From NCBI GenBank assembly GCA_037138055.1, contig JBAXJB010000004.1:9297-73296 (forward strand): a stretch of 64,000 nt of DNA, read 5' to 3'. This document shows positions 21,381-31,400 of the stretch, one piece after another. The position numbers and the translations under genes are program-made. Positions within the stretch are counted from its first letter, which is position 1. Each line of letters starts with the position of its first letter. The notes under the pieces are model-generated. The model saw only the letters and a program-made list of their open reading frames with translations. It had not been told where the DNA came from and ran no database searches. This DNA comes from Alphaproteobacteria bacterium (GTDB lineage Bacteria > Pseudomonadota > Alphaproteobacteria > Paracaedibacterales > CAITNM01).

Positions 21381-22121
21381 TTACTTTAAGGAATGTTCTA
21401 TTTGTTTCTGTAATAAGGTTTCTGCACCAGGGGCATTGCCACAAAAATAGATTCCTTGGCACTGGTTAATCGCAAGATCCATAAGTTGTTGTGGTGGTAA
21501 AATTAACTTATTAGGATTAGATATACCAAGTTTAAGCTGGGGCAAGTTGCTGTTCCAGTATCCAAAACTCATACAAATTTCATTGAGATTAATGCCAGCT
21601 ATTTTAAAAAATTCTTGAACTCCCCCAACATCATAAACGCACTGAGTCACAACAAAATCAGGTGATTCTTTAAGCTTTAAGGCAAAGCTTTCTTGTTCTG
21701 CTTTTGAATCTCTGATGATAGGCGTTGGATTCACAACAATACCAACTTTCGAGAAATACTTTTTAGCTATTGCAATAGCTTCTCTAGGCTGAACCTCAGA
21801 TGCAACTGCGTCTTCAACTAGATCTCCAAAAACAAGAAGACCATATGAATTTTTTCCAGTCTTATTTGGTTGTTGTTCTAAAAATTCCTGAAGTTGATCT
21901 ATCGTTGAAAAATCTCTCGTCCTCAGGTGAATCATGCTTAGTCTATGGGAAAAATTGATATCTGGTTCTTGCCAAGGGTTCAAATTAGATCGTGGAATAT
22001 GCGGATAACTGGGGATAATATCAAAATACGTTCGCAAATCAAGAGAACCATCAACTACGTCGAAGGCGCTTTCCAGATTATCTGAGTGTTTAGAAGGAAA
22101 GTTTTCTGCAAATAACTTCAT
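21381..22121 (-). CDS. Hypothetical protein, with only a weak resemblance to the methylenetetrahydrofolate-reductase-like TIM-barrel family.
   Basis: The ORF is clean at 246 aa. The segment DFVVTQCVYD recalls the FAITQ.FFD region of MetF, but the match is weak and recalled from memory. Confidence 0.5.
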   Translation of the reverse strand: MKLFAENFPSKHSDNLESAFDVVDGSLDLRTYFDIIPSYPHIPRSNLNPWQEPDINFSHRLSMIHLRTRDFSTIDQLQEFLEQQPNKTGKNSYGLLVFGDLVEDAVASEVQPREAIAIAKKYFSKVGIVVNPTPIIRDSKAEQESFALKLKESPDFVVTQCVYDVGGVQEFFKIAGINLNEICMSFGYWNSNLPQLKLGISNPNKLILPPQQLMDLAINQCQGIYFCGNAPGAETLLQKQIEHSLK

Positions 22122-22157
22122 TTAAACATTGGTACTACTTAGCTACAAAAGTTACAT

Positions 22158-22247
22158 TGGCGGAGAGAGTGGGATTCGAACCCACGGAACGCGTGAGCGC
22201 ACAACGGTTTTCGAGACCGTCCCATTCAACCACTCTGGCACCTCTCC
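22158..22247 (-). tRNA. tRNA-Ser (anticodon CGA).
   Basis: The reverse complement folds as GGAGAGG...anticodon loop CTCGAAA...long variable arm...GTGGGTTCGAATCCCAC...CCTCTCC-G-CCA. Confidence 0.9.
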
Positions 22248-22384
22248 TCGTGATTGAAAATAAGCCACAAATTTGCCATAAATTCAAGAACGCGCATAAA
22301 GTAAGAGTTTGTGCTATTGCTGTTAAAAGGTTCTTAACTCTTTAAAGATTAAAATAAAATAAGGAAAATTTTGAAATAACGTTT

Positions 22385-23257
22385 ATGAAGCTAAAATATT
22401 TTTTATTATGGGTATGTTTTATTTGCATGAGTTCGGCATTTGCTGGACCTTTGTTTGATAGGTTTAAAGATAAACAGCAACAAGCGTTGGTTGATTTTGG
22501 AAATCAAAATTTAAAAAATGTTGGAGGCCATGTTTTTTACCCTTTTGGTGGGCCTGATATCACCTATCCACTTCTGATGTTCCCTAATTTTGAAGTGCTA
22601 ACATTAATGGGACTAGAGCCAGCCAAACCAGTGGATGCTCCTGTAGAGCTAGATAACAAAGCGCTTAATAATTTATCATCGCTATATAGAAGCAGTTTTT
22701 TCAGAACAATCGATATGGCAGCAGGACTTCGAAATGTAGCTGACCTTATCTTAAAACAGCTTGAAAATCTTGAAGCTACTAACGTTACTGTTCAGCCAAT
22801 TGAAGGCAGAACAAACGCTGTTGAGATAAAATTCATTTACAACAGTAAACCAAGAATGATTAGGTATTACAAAGCGGGACTTAACAACGAACAAATTAAT
22901 CTTGAATTTTTGGAAACATTAAAACCATTTGATGTTGTTCTTTTTAAGGCTGCATCATACTTACCACACCAAAAACCATTTTCAATGTTTAGAAATTTCA
23001 TGTTGGAAAATGCAAAAACTTTCGTGCAAGATAGCACTGGTATTCCATATGATTATTTGAAAGATCGTTTTAGTTTAGACCTGCATGGCCAATATTTAAT
23101 GCCATATAAATTCCCAGGTGGATTTGAACAACAAGATTTCAGAAAATACAGCGAAGAGTTAAAGAAACCGGTGTTAGATATTTGTTTTGGTTATGGTTGT
23201 AAGAAAGTTCCAACCAATATTTTGATAGCAACGCGTAAAGAAACGCCAAGTTTATAA
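22385..23257 (+). CDS. Secreted hypothetical protein.
   Basis: The signal peptide is MKLKYFLLWVCFICMSSAFA. No domain was recognised. It contains a conserved-looking FYPFGGPDITYP segment. Confidence 0.65.
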   Translation: MKLKYFLLWVCFICMSSAFAGPLFDRFKDKQQQALVDFGNQNLKNVGGHVFYPFGGPDITYPLLMFPNFEVLTLMGLEPAKPVDAPVELDNKALNNLSSLYRSSFFRTIDMAAGLRNVADLILKQLENLEATNVTVQPIEGRTNAVEIKFIYNSKPRMIRYYKAGLNNEQINLEFLETLKPFDVVLFKAASYLPHQKPFSMFRNFMLENAKTFVQDSTGIPYDYLKDRFSLDLHGQYLMPYKFPGGFEQQDFRKYSEELKKPVLDICFGYGCKKVPTNILIATRKETPSL

Positions 23258-23273
23258 ATTAGAGATAGGGTGA

Positions 23274-24017
23274 ATGAAAAATATAATTGTGGTGTTAAGC
23301 GGATTATTGATTGGGTATTTAGAAGCGACAGCAGAACCCCCCACAGAAGTTGCCGACCCAGGAAGCCCTGCCTCAGCAAGATCAAGAACTATATCGTCAT
23401 CATCTGTATCGGGACCTCAAAAAACAAAACCCATATACATAGCTTATGAATTACCTCACTACGAAATCCTCATAAAAGACTTCAAAAAAAGAGTCGCAGG
23501 TTCAAAAGCTACAGATACGAATACACTAAAAGAAGAGCTTTTTTCTATACTAAGAAGCGCTTGTTTTAAAGACTCTTCATTCTTAGAGAAAATACAAAAT
23601 TATGTTAAATTAGAAAAAAATCTCTCAACAAAAAATACGATTCTTGAGTGGTTTAATATGTTTAAATCAGAGAGAGCACATCAATTAGATATTTACACGT
23701 CTGTAATTAGTGATCTGCTTAATGGGTACGTACGAGTAAACGTAGATGAGGCAGCTAGTAATGCAACTATACTTAGTTTCAGAGAACTACTTGAAGCAGC
23801 AAAGGACAACTTAGATTTAAAAGATATAGAAAAAATTGTGCAAAATGTCTTTTTTTCCAAAAAAAGCACAGAAGAAAAAATAGACGAAAAATCTGATACG
23901 GCAGAATTAGATGATACAGATTCACTTAAAACTGAGTGCGGGTTACTATTCTTGACCTGCCTAGAGCCATACAAATTTTCCACCCCATCAAGATCTCGCA
24001 CAAGCTCGTTCTTCTAA
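23274..24017 (+). CDS. Secreted hypothetical protein.
   Basis: A signal-like N-terminus (MKNIIVVLSGLLIGYLEA) is followed by a Ser/Pro-rich segment and then a helical region. Confidence 0.6.
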   Translation: MKNIIVVLSGLLIGYLEATAEPPTEVADPGSPASARSRTISSSSVSGPQKTKPIYIAYELPHYEILIKDFKKRVAGSKATDTNTLKEELFSILRSACFKDSSFLEKIQNYVKLEKNLSTKNTILEWFNMFKSERAHQLDIYTSVISDLLNGYVRVNVDEAASNATILSFRELLEAAKDNLDLKDIEKIVQNVFFSKKSTEEKIDEKSDTAELDDTDSLKTECGLLFLTCLEPYKFSTPSRSRTSSFF

Positions 24018-24101
24018 AACACACACGAATGGACAGATGATATTTTGCCAAACATCAACAAATCCCTTATGATGTGGAGAAATTAAGTACTGAGTCAGTA
24101 G

Positions 24102-25265
24102 TTGCAAACTCTCGCTTGTGAAGAAAAAAAAGCTCTATGGGCTATATGCTGGGTAACATTTTTATGGAGCATGGCATCTTTAATGGTGTTTTCACTGCTT
24201 CCATTTTTTTTAACTGAAGAACTGCATGTTTCTAAAACAACTTTAGGATTCATTGAAGGAATTGCCATATTCATGGCGTTTATGAGTAAAGTTTTTTCAG
24301 GAGTTCTTAGCGACGTTTTCAAGACCAGGCGCTCTCTTATTATTACCGGCACCATTGGCACCATACTGGTAAAGCCCCTATTTGCATTGTCTTCGGGTGT
24401 TTGGTCTATCTTTTGGGCGCGAGCACTTGACCGTATTAGCAAGGGCGTTAGGTCAGCACCGTCTGATGCATTAATTGCCGACATTAGCCCGAAATCACGC
24501 CAAGGAACTTCGTACGGCATGCGTTACACCATGGAAACAACTGGTCTTGTGGTTGGTGGTGCTTTAGCTTCTGGCTTGTACGCCCTAACTGAAAGCTACC
24601 GCATTGTATTCTGGTGCTCTATAATTCCTGGAATTTTCGCGCTGATCGTGCTTTACAAATTTGTGCATGATAACAAAGCTATTAAAGAACAAGCTGCCTG
24701 GCATTGGTCAGAAGTGCGTCATTTGCCCAAACGCTATTGGCAAATTTTAGGGGGCATTTTCATTCTAATGCAAGCACGTTTTAGTGAAGCTTTTTTAAAC
24801 ATACGCGCGAAAGATTTCGGTTGGTCAGTGGCACTCATACCACTGCTGTTTGTCTGTTACAACATAGTATGTGCAAATACGGCATGGCCTGTAGGCAAAA
24901 TAGCAGATCGCACTAGTCGTATACGCGTTTTGTTCTTTGGATTATTGGTTCTGGTAGTTGCAAACGTCATTATGATTATTGCGCCGAATAAGTGGTGGAT
25001 TATTGCTGGATTTATGCTGTGCGGCTTGCATATGGGAATGACCCATGGAATGCTTTCAACCCTGATTGCTGAAAACACCCTCCCCCATTTACGCGGCACT
25101 GCATTTGCCATGTATTACCTTGTAACAGCAGTTGCTGTACTAATTGGTAATACCATCGCAGGATTTTTAGCAGAGCATATATCAGGAGGGGCTTTTTACG
25201 GTGGGTTAATTTTCACAAGCCTTGCTGGAATTTATTTTTATAAATTATCACAAGTAAATGAATAA
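24102..25265 (+). CDS. MFS transporter.
   Basis: It has 12 TM segments and the MFS motifs SGVLSDVFKTRRSL and RALDRISKGVRSAPSDAL. A TTG start is inferred because TM1 lies upstream of the first ATG. Confidence 0.7.
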   Translation: MQTLACEEKKALWAICWVTFLWSMASLMVFSLLPFFLTEELHVSKTTLGFIEGIAIFMAFMSKVFSGVLSDVFKTRRSLIITGTIGTILVKPLFALSSGVWSIFWARALDRISKGVRSAPSDALIADISPKSRQGTSYGMRYTMETTGLVVGGALASGLYALTESYRIVFWCSIIPGIFALIVLYKFVHDNKAIKEQAAWHWSEVRHLPKRYWQILGGIFILMQARFSEAFLNIRAKDFGWSVALIPLLFVCYNIVCANTAWPVGKIADRTSRIRVLFFGLLVLVVANVIMIIAPNKWWIIAGFMLCGLHMGMTHGMLSTLIAENTLPHLRGTAFAMYYLVTAVAVLIGNTIAGFLAEHISGGAFYGGLIFTSLAGIYFYKLSQVNE

Positions 25266-26151
25266 CACTTTTCACAGTTTCTGCCGAAAATTCTTTTCTG
25301 ATAATGTCTATGGTGGATTATTAATTGTATTATCCACGGCTGCTTCGGCCACCACCAATGGCACCACCCACAGCATTTCAAAGAATCTACCCCCAATGGA
25401 AATTTTGTTTTTCAAATGTTTAATGGGGTTATGCCTGCTGTTAGTTGTATACAGACAGAGGTTTTTCTCGTTTTTTAAAACTGCAATTTTACAAATTCAC
25501 TGCTTAAAAGGTGCCTGTGGAGCGCTAGGAAATTGGGCGTGGATTAGCGCTGTGCAATGTTTGCCTTTGGCAGAATCATCCGCCTTATCAATTACCAGTG
25601 CATTTTTCACCAGCCTGGGTGGCATGTTGTTTTTCAAAGAAAAATTTCACCGAAAAGCATGGATTGCAATTATTGTCGGTTTTACAGGCGTGTTATTAAT
25701 TTTACACCCTAGTCAAAAAATATTTAGCTATTATGCATTTTTACCGCTTTTATCGGCTGTGTTTTTTTCAGCATCGTCATTATTTGTAAAGCGCTTAAGC
25801 CAGGATGATTCTTCCCAAACCACCTTAATATACCTTTTGATGTTCATGGCATTTTTCGCTTTACTAAGCCAAGCACACACTCCGTGGATTTGGCCAGAAT
25901 TTAATGATGCACCTAAACTTGCTGTGATTGGATGCAGCTATGTAGTTACCCAGGTATGTTTAATTGAAGCATATACTTACGCCCACACTAGCTTTTTAGC
26001 GCCGTTTAAATATGCACGTTTCCCAGCCAGTATTTTTACAGGCATGCTATTTTTTGCTGAAATCCCCCCTTTAACTACTTTAATAGGAGGAGGAGTTATT
26101 TTGCTGAGTTATGGCTGGTTGCTTCGGGTTGAATACAAAAAACGAAAGTAG
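25258..26151 (+). CDS. EamA/DMT family transporter.
   Basis: It has about 10 TM segments with EamA-like halves, and it overlaps the upstream MFS gene by 8 nt. Confidence 0.7.
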   Translation: MNNTFHSFCRKFFSDNVYGGLLIVLSTAASATTNGTTHSISKNLPPMEILFFKCLMGLCLLLVVYRQRFFSFFKTAILQIHCLKGACGALGNWAWISAVQCLPLAESSALSITSAFFTSLGGMLFFKEKFHRKAWIAIIVGFTGVLLILHPSQKIFSYYAFLPLLSAVFFSASSLFVKRLSQDDSSQTTLIYLLMFMAFFALLSQAHTPWIWPEFNDAPKLAVIGCSYVVTQVCLIEAYTYAHTSFLAPFKYARFPASIFTGMLFFAEIPPLTTLIGGGVILLSYGWLLRVEYKKRK

Positions 26152-26157
26152 TATTAC

Positions 26158-27258
26158 CTAAGCGGCTGCATCTTCTGTTGATATTGCGGAACATTTAGAT
26201 TTTCGTTGACGGACACTCATCGATTTTAGCTGTCCACAAGCTGCCAAAATATCGCGGCCTCGTGGCGTGCGCACGGGTGATGCATACCCTGCCCTGTACA
26301 CAACCTCAGCAAATGCAGAAATTGCTTGAGGTGTTGAGCATTCATAAGGACTGCCTGGCCAAGGATTAAAAGGAATTAAATTGATTTTTGCTGGAATACC
26401 ACGAATTAACTGCACCAGTTTTCTAGCCTCTGCTACTGAATCATTAACCCCTTTTAACATAACGTATTCAAAGGTTATGCGACGTGCATTACTAACGTTG
26501 GGGTAATTTCTGCAAGCTTCTAAAAGCTCTTTCAGGGGGTATTTTTTATTAATAGGCACCAATTCATTACGCAGCTCGTCAGTCACTGCATGCAGCGAAA
26601 TTGCCAAGCTAACGCCCAGTTCATTACCACAACGCTCTATCATGGGAACTATTCCAGAAGTAGATAGGGTAATTTTGCGCTTTGATAGGCTTAAGCCTTT
26701 TTCATCCGTCAAAATTTTAATGGCTGTTGATACGTTATCATAGTTGTACAATGGCTCACCCATTCCCATAAGCACTACATTGCTTACATGGCGATTTCCA
26801 ATAGGAGTTGGCCATTCATGAAAGACATCACGTGCCACCATAACTTGCCCTACAATTTCAGCAGAGGTTAGGTTACGTACCAATACTTGCGTTCCGGTGT
26901 GACAGAATGAACAAGTTAGCGTGCACCCAACTTGAGAAGAAATGCATAAGGTTCCGCGATCAACTTCAGGAATATGCACCGTTTCTGCTTCTTGACCATC
27001 AGGAAAGCGCAATAACCATTTTTGAGTACCATCGACCGATGCTTGCGCTTGAGAAACCGTAGGACGATCAATAGCATAGATATCGCTAAGTTTAGCGCGC
27101 CCTTCGGCTGATATGTTGTTCATAGCATCGAAGCTACGAACCCCATGATAATACAGCCAGTTCCACACTTGCTGCACACGAAATGATGGCAACCCCAATT
27201 CAGAAAATTGAGAAGTAAGTGTTTCCCGGCTTTGGCCAATAATATTTATTTTTGTCAT
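26158..27258 (-). CDS. rlmN: 23S rRNA/tRNA (adenine-C2)-methyltransferase RlmN.
   Basis: It has the radical-SAM motif CTLTCSFC, the MGMGEPL motif and a conserved C-terminal Cys (AACGQL). Confidence 0.9.
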   Translation of the reverse strand: MTKINIIGQSRETLTSQFSELGLPSFRVQQVWNWLYYHGVRSFDAMNNISAEGRAKLSDIYAIDRPTVSQAQASVDGTQKWLLRFPDGQEAETVHIPEVDRGTLCISSQVGCTLTCSFCHTGTQVLVRNLTSAEIVGQVMVARDVFHEWPTPIGNRHVSNVVLMGMGEPLYNYDNVSTAIKILTDEKGLSLSKRKITLSTSGIVPMIERCGNELGVSLAISLHAVTDELRNELVPINKKYPLKELLEACRNYPNVSNARRITFEYVMLKGVNDSVAEARKLVQLIRGIPAKINLIPFNPWPGSPYECSTPQAISAFAEVVYRAGYASPVRTPRGRDILAACGQLKSMSVRQRKSKCSAISTEDAAA

Positions 27259-27274
27259 GGACTAGATATAGGGA

Positions 27275-27958
27275 TTATTTTTTTGATAAACAAGAGGAAG
27301 TTTTGCTTAAATTATATGCACCTTCGCAGTTTGATAATGCTTCTTCCACAATTTCTGCAGCTTTTGCACAGACTTCTTTTATATCAAGGAAAGTTGTATC
27401 TAGAACAATTGCGCCATCTGCTACTTGTAGAGGGGCTGTTTGACGATTTCCATCACGGGCATCGCGGGCTTTAATGCCTTCTAGAATTTCCTGCATAGCA
27501 ACTGACCCTAATTCCTTTGTGCGCCTTATAACGCGCACTTGTTCATCGGCGGTTACATAAATTTTCACGTCTGCTTGTGGCAAAATCACAGAACCAACGT
27601 CACGCCCATCAAGTACAACCCCCTGGTAAGCTGAAGAAACACTACTAGCAAAATCACGCATTTTTTGTGTTAAGACGCGCCTTAAAGAAGGTACAACTGC
27701 TATTTGTGATGCAACAGATGCAATTTCTTCATTGCGAAGATTTTCTTCATTAATATGGTGCGTATCCACCTTTTGAGCAATTTCCTCTAAACGCACAACA
27801 TCTAAAGTGTTGCCACCATCTGCTATTACCAAACGCGCAGCTTCACGGTATAAAAGCCCTGTATCTAAATGTTTAAGGTTAAACCTTTCGCTAAGATACT
27901 TAGCAATGGTGCCTTTTCCTGCACCAGCAGGCCCGTCGATCGCTACAGAAAATGCCAT
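27275..27958 (-). CDS. cmk: Cytidylate kinase.
   Basis: It has the P-loop segment IAIDGPAGAGKGT...LDTGLLYR. Confidence 0.9.
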   Translation of the reverse strand: MAFSVAIDGPAGAGKGTIAKYLSERFNLKHLDTGLLYREAARLVIADGGNTLDVVRLEEIAQKVDTHHINEENLRNEEIASVASQIAVVPSLRRVLTQKMRDFASSVSSAYQGVVLDGRDVGSVILPQADVKIYVTADEQVRVIRRTKELGSVAMQEILEGIKARDARDGNRQTAPLQVADGAIVLDTTFLDIKEVCAKAAEIVEEALSNCEGAYNLSKTSSCLSKK

Positions 27959-28040
27959 ATAATTTTATTCTTTTTTCTTTTTAAAGAACCTGGTTTGAAA
28001 AAAACTTGCAAGTTATTTTTTTATTCATCACAATTCGGTC

Positions 28041-29033
28041 ATGGAAAATGCAAAAATTACGATTATTGGAACGGGTTCATGGGGCACTGCCCTTGCTATG
28101 AGTTTTCATAACTCTGGCATGAATGTTACCTTGTGGGGGCGTCGCCCTGAACTTGTGGATGAGCTATGCACGTTGCGGCATTCAGCATACTTACCTGGGA
28201 CATTTATCCCTCAGAATCTTTTCATTACTAGTGATGTGAATGAAATAGCTGCTTCTAACATTATTTTATGGGTAGCGCCTGTTCAGCAAAGCCTTCAGTT
28301 GTTAGAGCTTGTTAAAGCGTATATTCCCGCATCTGCCCCAATAATTATTTGCAGCAAGGGTTTAGAGCTAAACACTCAAAAACCATTATCAAGCCTTTTT
28401 AAAGCAGTATTACCTAACTCTGTTGGCGTATTATCAGGACCTAATTTTGCCGATGAAGTTGCAAATGGACTGCCAACTGCTTCTACGCTTGCGTTTGAAA
28501 ATTTGGAATTAGCAAAAAAATTAAGTATTCAGCTTCGTCATCAGGCATTTAGAATTTATGCACATAATGATGTTGTAGGGGTTGAACTATCGGGGGCTTT
28601 AAAAAATGTTGTAGCCATTGCAGCTGGAATTGTTATGGGTAAAGAGTTAGGGCAAAATTGCTTGGCAATGCTTATTACCCGAGCAAGCACAGAAATCAGT
28701 CGGTTAATTAGCGCCCTTGGTGGATCAAAGGATACAACGCAAACACTAGCCGGTATGGGTGACTTAATACTAACCTGCTCTAGCGCAAAGTCACGTAATA
28801 CCAGTTTAGGAATAGCCTTGGCTAAAGGGCAGTCATTGGAAGACATTCTGGGGAATCGTAAAAACGTCACTGAAGGTATTGCAACCGCTAAGGTGGCCTT
28901 TGAGTTGGCGACACACCATAAAATTCATGCACCTGTAATTAGTGCTGTTTACGATATATTATATGCTGAGAAATCAGTTGATGATGTTATGCTCACATTG
29001 TTGAGCAACCAACAAGAACAGGAACTTGAGTAA
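28041..29033 (+). CDS. gpsA: NAD(P)H-dependent glycerol-3-phosphate dehydrogenase.
   Basis: It has the N-terminal Rossmann motif IIGTGSWGTALA and the GALKNVVAIAAG motif. Confidence 0.9.
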   Translation: MENAKITIIGTGSWGTALAMSFHNSGMNVTLWGRRPELVDELCTLRHSAYLPGTFIPQNLFITSDVNEIAASNIILWVAPVQQSLQLLELVKAYIPASAPIIICSKGLELNTQKPLSSLFKAVLPNSVGVLSGPNFADEVANGLPTASTLAFENLELAKKLSIQLRHQAFRIYAHNDVVGVELSGALKNVVAIAAGIVMGKELGQNCLAMLITRASTEISRLISALGGSKDTTQTLAGMGDLILTCSSAKSRNTSLGIALAKGQSLEDILGNRKNVTEGIATAKVAFELATHHKIHAPVISAVYDILYAEKSVDDVMLTLLSNQQEQELE

Positions 29034-29443
29034 TGGCATACTGGCTAGTAAAATCTGAGCCCAGTGCATGGTCTTGGGATAATCAAGTAAAGAAAAAAAT
29101 CACCCATTGGGATGGCGTGCGAAATTATCAAGCACGTAATTTTCTAAAGCAAATGAAAATAGGTGACCTTTGTTTTTTCTACCATTCAATTACCGGAAAA
29201 CAAATTATGGGTATTGTGAAAGTTTGCGCATCATATAAAGATGACCCAACCGATGGAACAGGCAGATTTGGCATGGTTGATATGGAATATGTAAAGCCTT
29301 TAGAAAAACCAGTTACTTTGGAAAAAATTAAAAAAACAGCCCAATTACAAGAATTGGGCTTAATCAAGCAGTCACGGCTTTCAGTTATGCCGGTCACACC
29401 TGAGCAGTGGGATTGTATTATTAGTCTTAGCCAACGGCATTAG
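29033..29443 (+). CDS. EVE (PUA-like) domain protein.
   Basis: The sequence [16 protein letters not shown]...[13 protein letters not shown]...GDLCFFYHS is typical of EVE/Thy28-like proteins. The start overlaps the gpsA stop (TAATG). Confidence 0.75.
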   Translation: MAYWLVKSEPSAWSWDNQVKKKITHWDGVRNYQARNFLKQMKIGDLCFFYHSITGKQIMGIVKVCASYKDDPTDGTGRFGMVDMEYVKPLEKPVTLEKIKKTAQLQELGLIKQSRLSVMPVTPEQWDCIISLSQRH

Positions 29444-31340
29444 CTTCCGCATACAATTCTTGCATCGCTTGTTCAAAAGACATTACGTTTTGCTGTTCTC
29501 CACCTAGTTTACGAATCGCTACGGTTTTTTCTTCGGCTTCGCGTTTACCAACTACATAAATGTATGGAATTTTCTGCAAAGAGTGTTCACGAACTTTATA
29601 AGGAATTTTTTCATTACGTATATCAAGTTCTGCCCGTATACTTTTTGCTTTTAGTTGTTCACAAATATTTATGGCGTATTCATTCGCTTCCGTTGTAACG
29701 CTTGCAACAACCACTTGAACTGGTGCTAGCCACACAGGAAATTTCCCAGCGTAATGTTCAATAAGCACGCCAATGAAGCGCTCCATTGACCCTAGAACTG
29801 CTCTGTGAAGCATGACTGGTCGATGCTTTTGACCATCTTCCCCTACATACGTAGCGTCTAAGCGCTCTGGTATACTGTAATCAACCTGTAATGTTCCACA
29901 CTGCCATTCGCGACCTATGCAGTCTTTCAAAACGAATTCTAGCTTCGGACCATAAAAAGCACCTTCACCGGGGTTTAAGCTATATTCAATGCCTGCTGCT
30001 TGGGTTGCTGCTTTTAAGGCTTCTTCTGCTTTGTCCCAAAGTTCATCAGTGCCTGCACGCTTTTCAGGGCGATCAGAGAATCTTACTTTAAAACTATCAA
30101 ATCCAAGATCTTTATAAATACCTTTTAACAAATCGCAAAAATCTTTAGTTTCTGAAATAATTTGCTCGGGTGTGCAGAAAATATGCGCATCATCTTGCAC
30201 GAAGCTACGCACACGCATAATGCCGTGCAAAGAACCGCTTGGTTCATTGCGGTGACAAGAACCAAATTCAGCCATCCGTAATGGCAAATCACGGTAGCTT
30301 TTCAGACCTTGTTTGAAAATTTGCACATGGCATGGACAGTTCATTGGCTTAATGGCCAGAACTTTGTCTTCGTCATTTTCTACGGTGTACATGTTCTCAC
30401 CGAATTTTTCCCAATGCCCAGATGCTTCCCATAAGGAAAGGTCAACTAACTGCGGAGTTTTGACTTCAACATAACCAGCTTTTTCCATACGACGACGCAC
30501 AAAATTTTCTAGCGTACGATAAATCGTCCAACCCTTAGGGTGCCAAAATACAGAACCAATTGCTTCTTCTTGCATGTGGAAAAGATTAAGTTCTGCACCA
30601 AGCTTACGGTGATCGCGTTTTTCGGCTTCTTCTAACATATGTAGGTATTCATCTAGCTGTGCTTGAGTGGCCCAGGCAGTGCCATAGATACGCTGTAACA
30701 TTACATTGCGGTGGTCACCACGCCAATAAGCACCAGCAAGCTTCATAAGCTTAAATGCGTGTCCTACTTTTTTTGTTGATGGTAAATGAGGACCGCGGCA
30801 CAGATCAATAAAATCTCCCTGCCGGTACAAGCTAATAACTTGACCTTGAGGAATTCCTTCAATAATTTCTGCTTTAAAATTTTCACCCATGTTTTTGAAA
30901 AAAGGAATTGCATCGTCGCGGTTCCATTCTTCGCGAACAATTGGAATATCAGCATCAACCAATTCGCGCATGCGCTTTTCTATGGCTGGTAAATCATCTA
31001 CCGAAAGAGGCTTTTTAGGGTAAATGTCGTAATAAAAACCATTTTCAATAGCAGGCCCAATGGTTATTTGAGTATCTGGATATAAATCTTTTATAGCTTG
31101 CGCAAACACGTGCGCAGCGTCATGGCGAATAACTTCAAGCCCTTCTTCTGTGGCTTTAGTAATAATTTCAATTTGGGAACCATCTGGAACGGGTTGATTT
31201 AAATCTTTTAAATCACCATTTACCCGTATTGCAACAGCTTCTCTTGCGAGTTTTGGTGAAATTGAAAACGCAACTTCTTCACCTGTTGGTAATTTATCAA
31301 ATACTTTTTCAGAACCATCTTTTAAACGTAGGGAAACCAT
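29427..31340 (-). CDS. thrS: Threonine--tRNA ligase.
   Basis: It has a TGS N-terminus, class II core motifs ([26 protein letters not shown]) and an anticodon-binding C-terminus. Confidence 0.95.
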   Translation of the reverse strand: MVSLRLKDGSEKVFDKLPTGEEVAFSISPKLAREAVAIRVNGDLKDLNQPVPDGSQIEIITKATEEGLEVIRHDAAHVFAQAIKDLYPDTQITIGPAIENGFYYDIYPKKPLSVDDLPAIEKRMRELVDADIPIVREEWNRDDAIPFFKNMGENFKAEIIEGIPQGQVISLYRQGDFIDLCRGPHLPSTKKVGHAFKLMKLAGAYWRGDHRNVMLQRIYGTAWATQAQLDEYLHMLEEAEKRDHRKLGAELNLFHMQEEAIGSVFWHPKGWTIYRTLENFVRRRMEKAGYVEVKTPQLVDLSLWEASGHWEKFGENMYTVENDEDKVLAIKPMNCPCHVQIFKQGLKSYRDLPLRMAEFGSCHRNEPSGSLHGIMRVRSFVQDDAHIFCTPEQIISETKDFCDLLKGIYKDLGFDSFKVRFSDRPEKRAGTDELWDKAEEALKAATQAAGIEYSLNPGEGAFYGPKLEFVLKDCIGREWQCGTLQVDYSIPERLDATYVGEDGQKHRPVMLHRAVLGSMERFIGVLIEHYAGKFPVWLAPVQVVVASVTTEANEYAINICEQLKAKSIRAELDIRNEKIPYKVREHSLQKIPYIYVVGKREAEEKTVAIRKLGGEQQNVMSFEQAMQELYAEANAVG

Positions 31341-31400
31341 AAAACAAAAGAACTAGATATCTGTTTCATTTGTAGCACGAAAAGGTTACTAGAATAAAGA

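Noticed and set aside
22157-22345. A 62-aa ORF starting at TTG.
   Set aside because: Its first roughly 30 codons are simply the antisense of tRNA-Ser (22158..22247), so it is an artefact.
24095-24520. A 141-aa minus-strand ORF.
   Set aside because: It is fully antisense to the 5' part of the MFS transporter gene, which carries strong family motifs, so it is most likely spurious.
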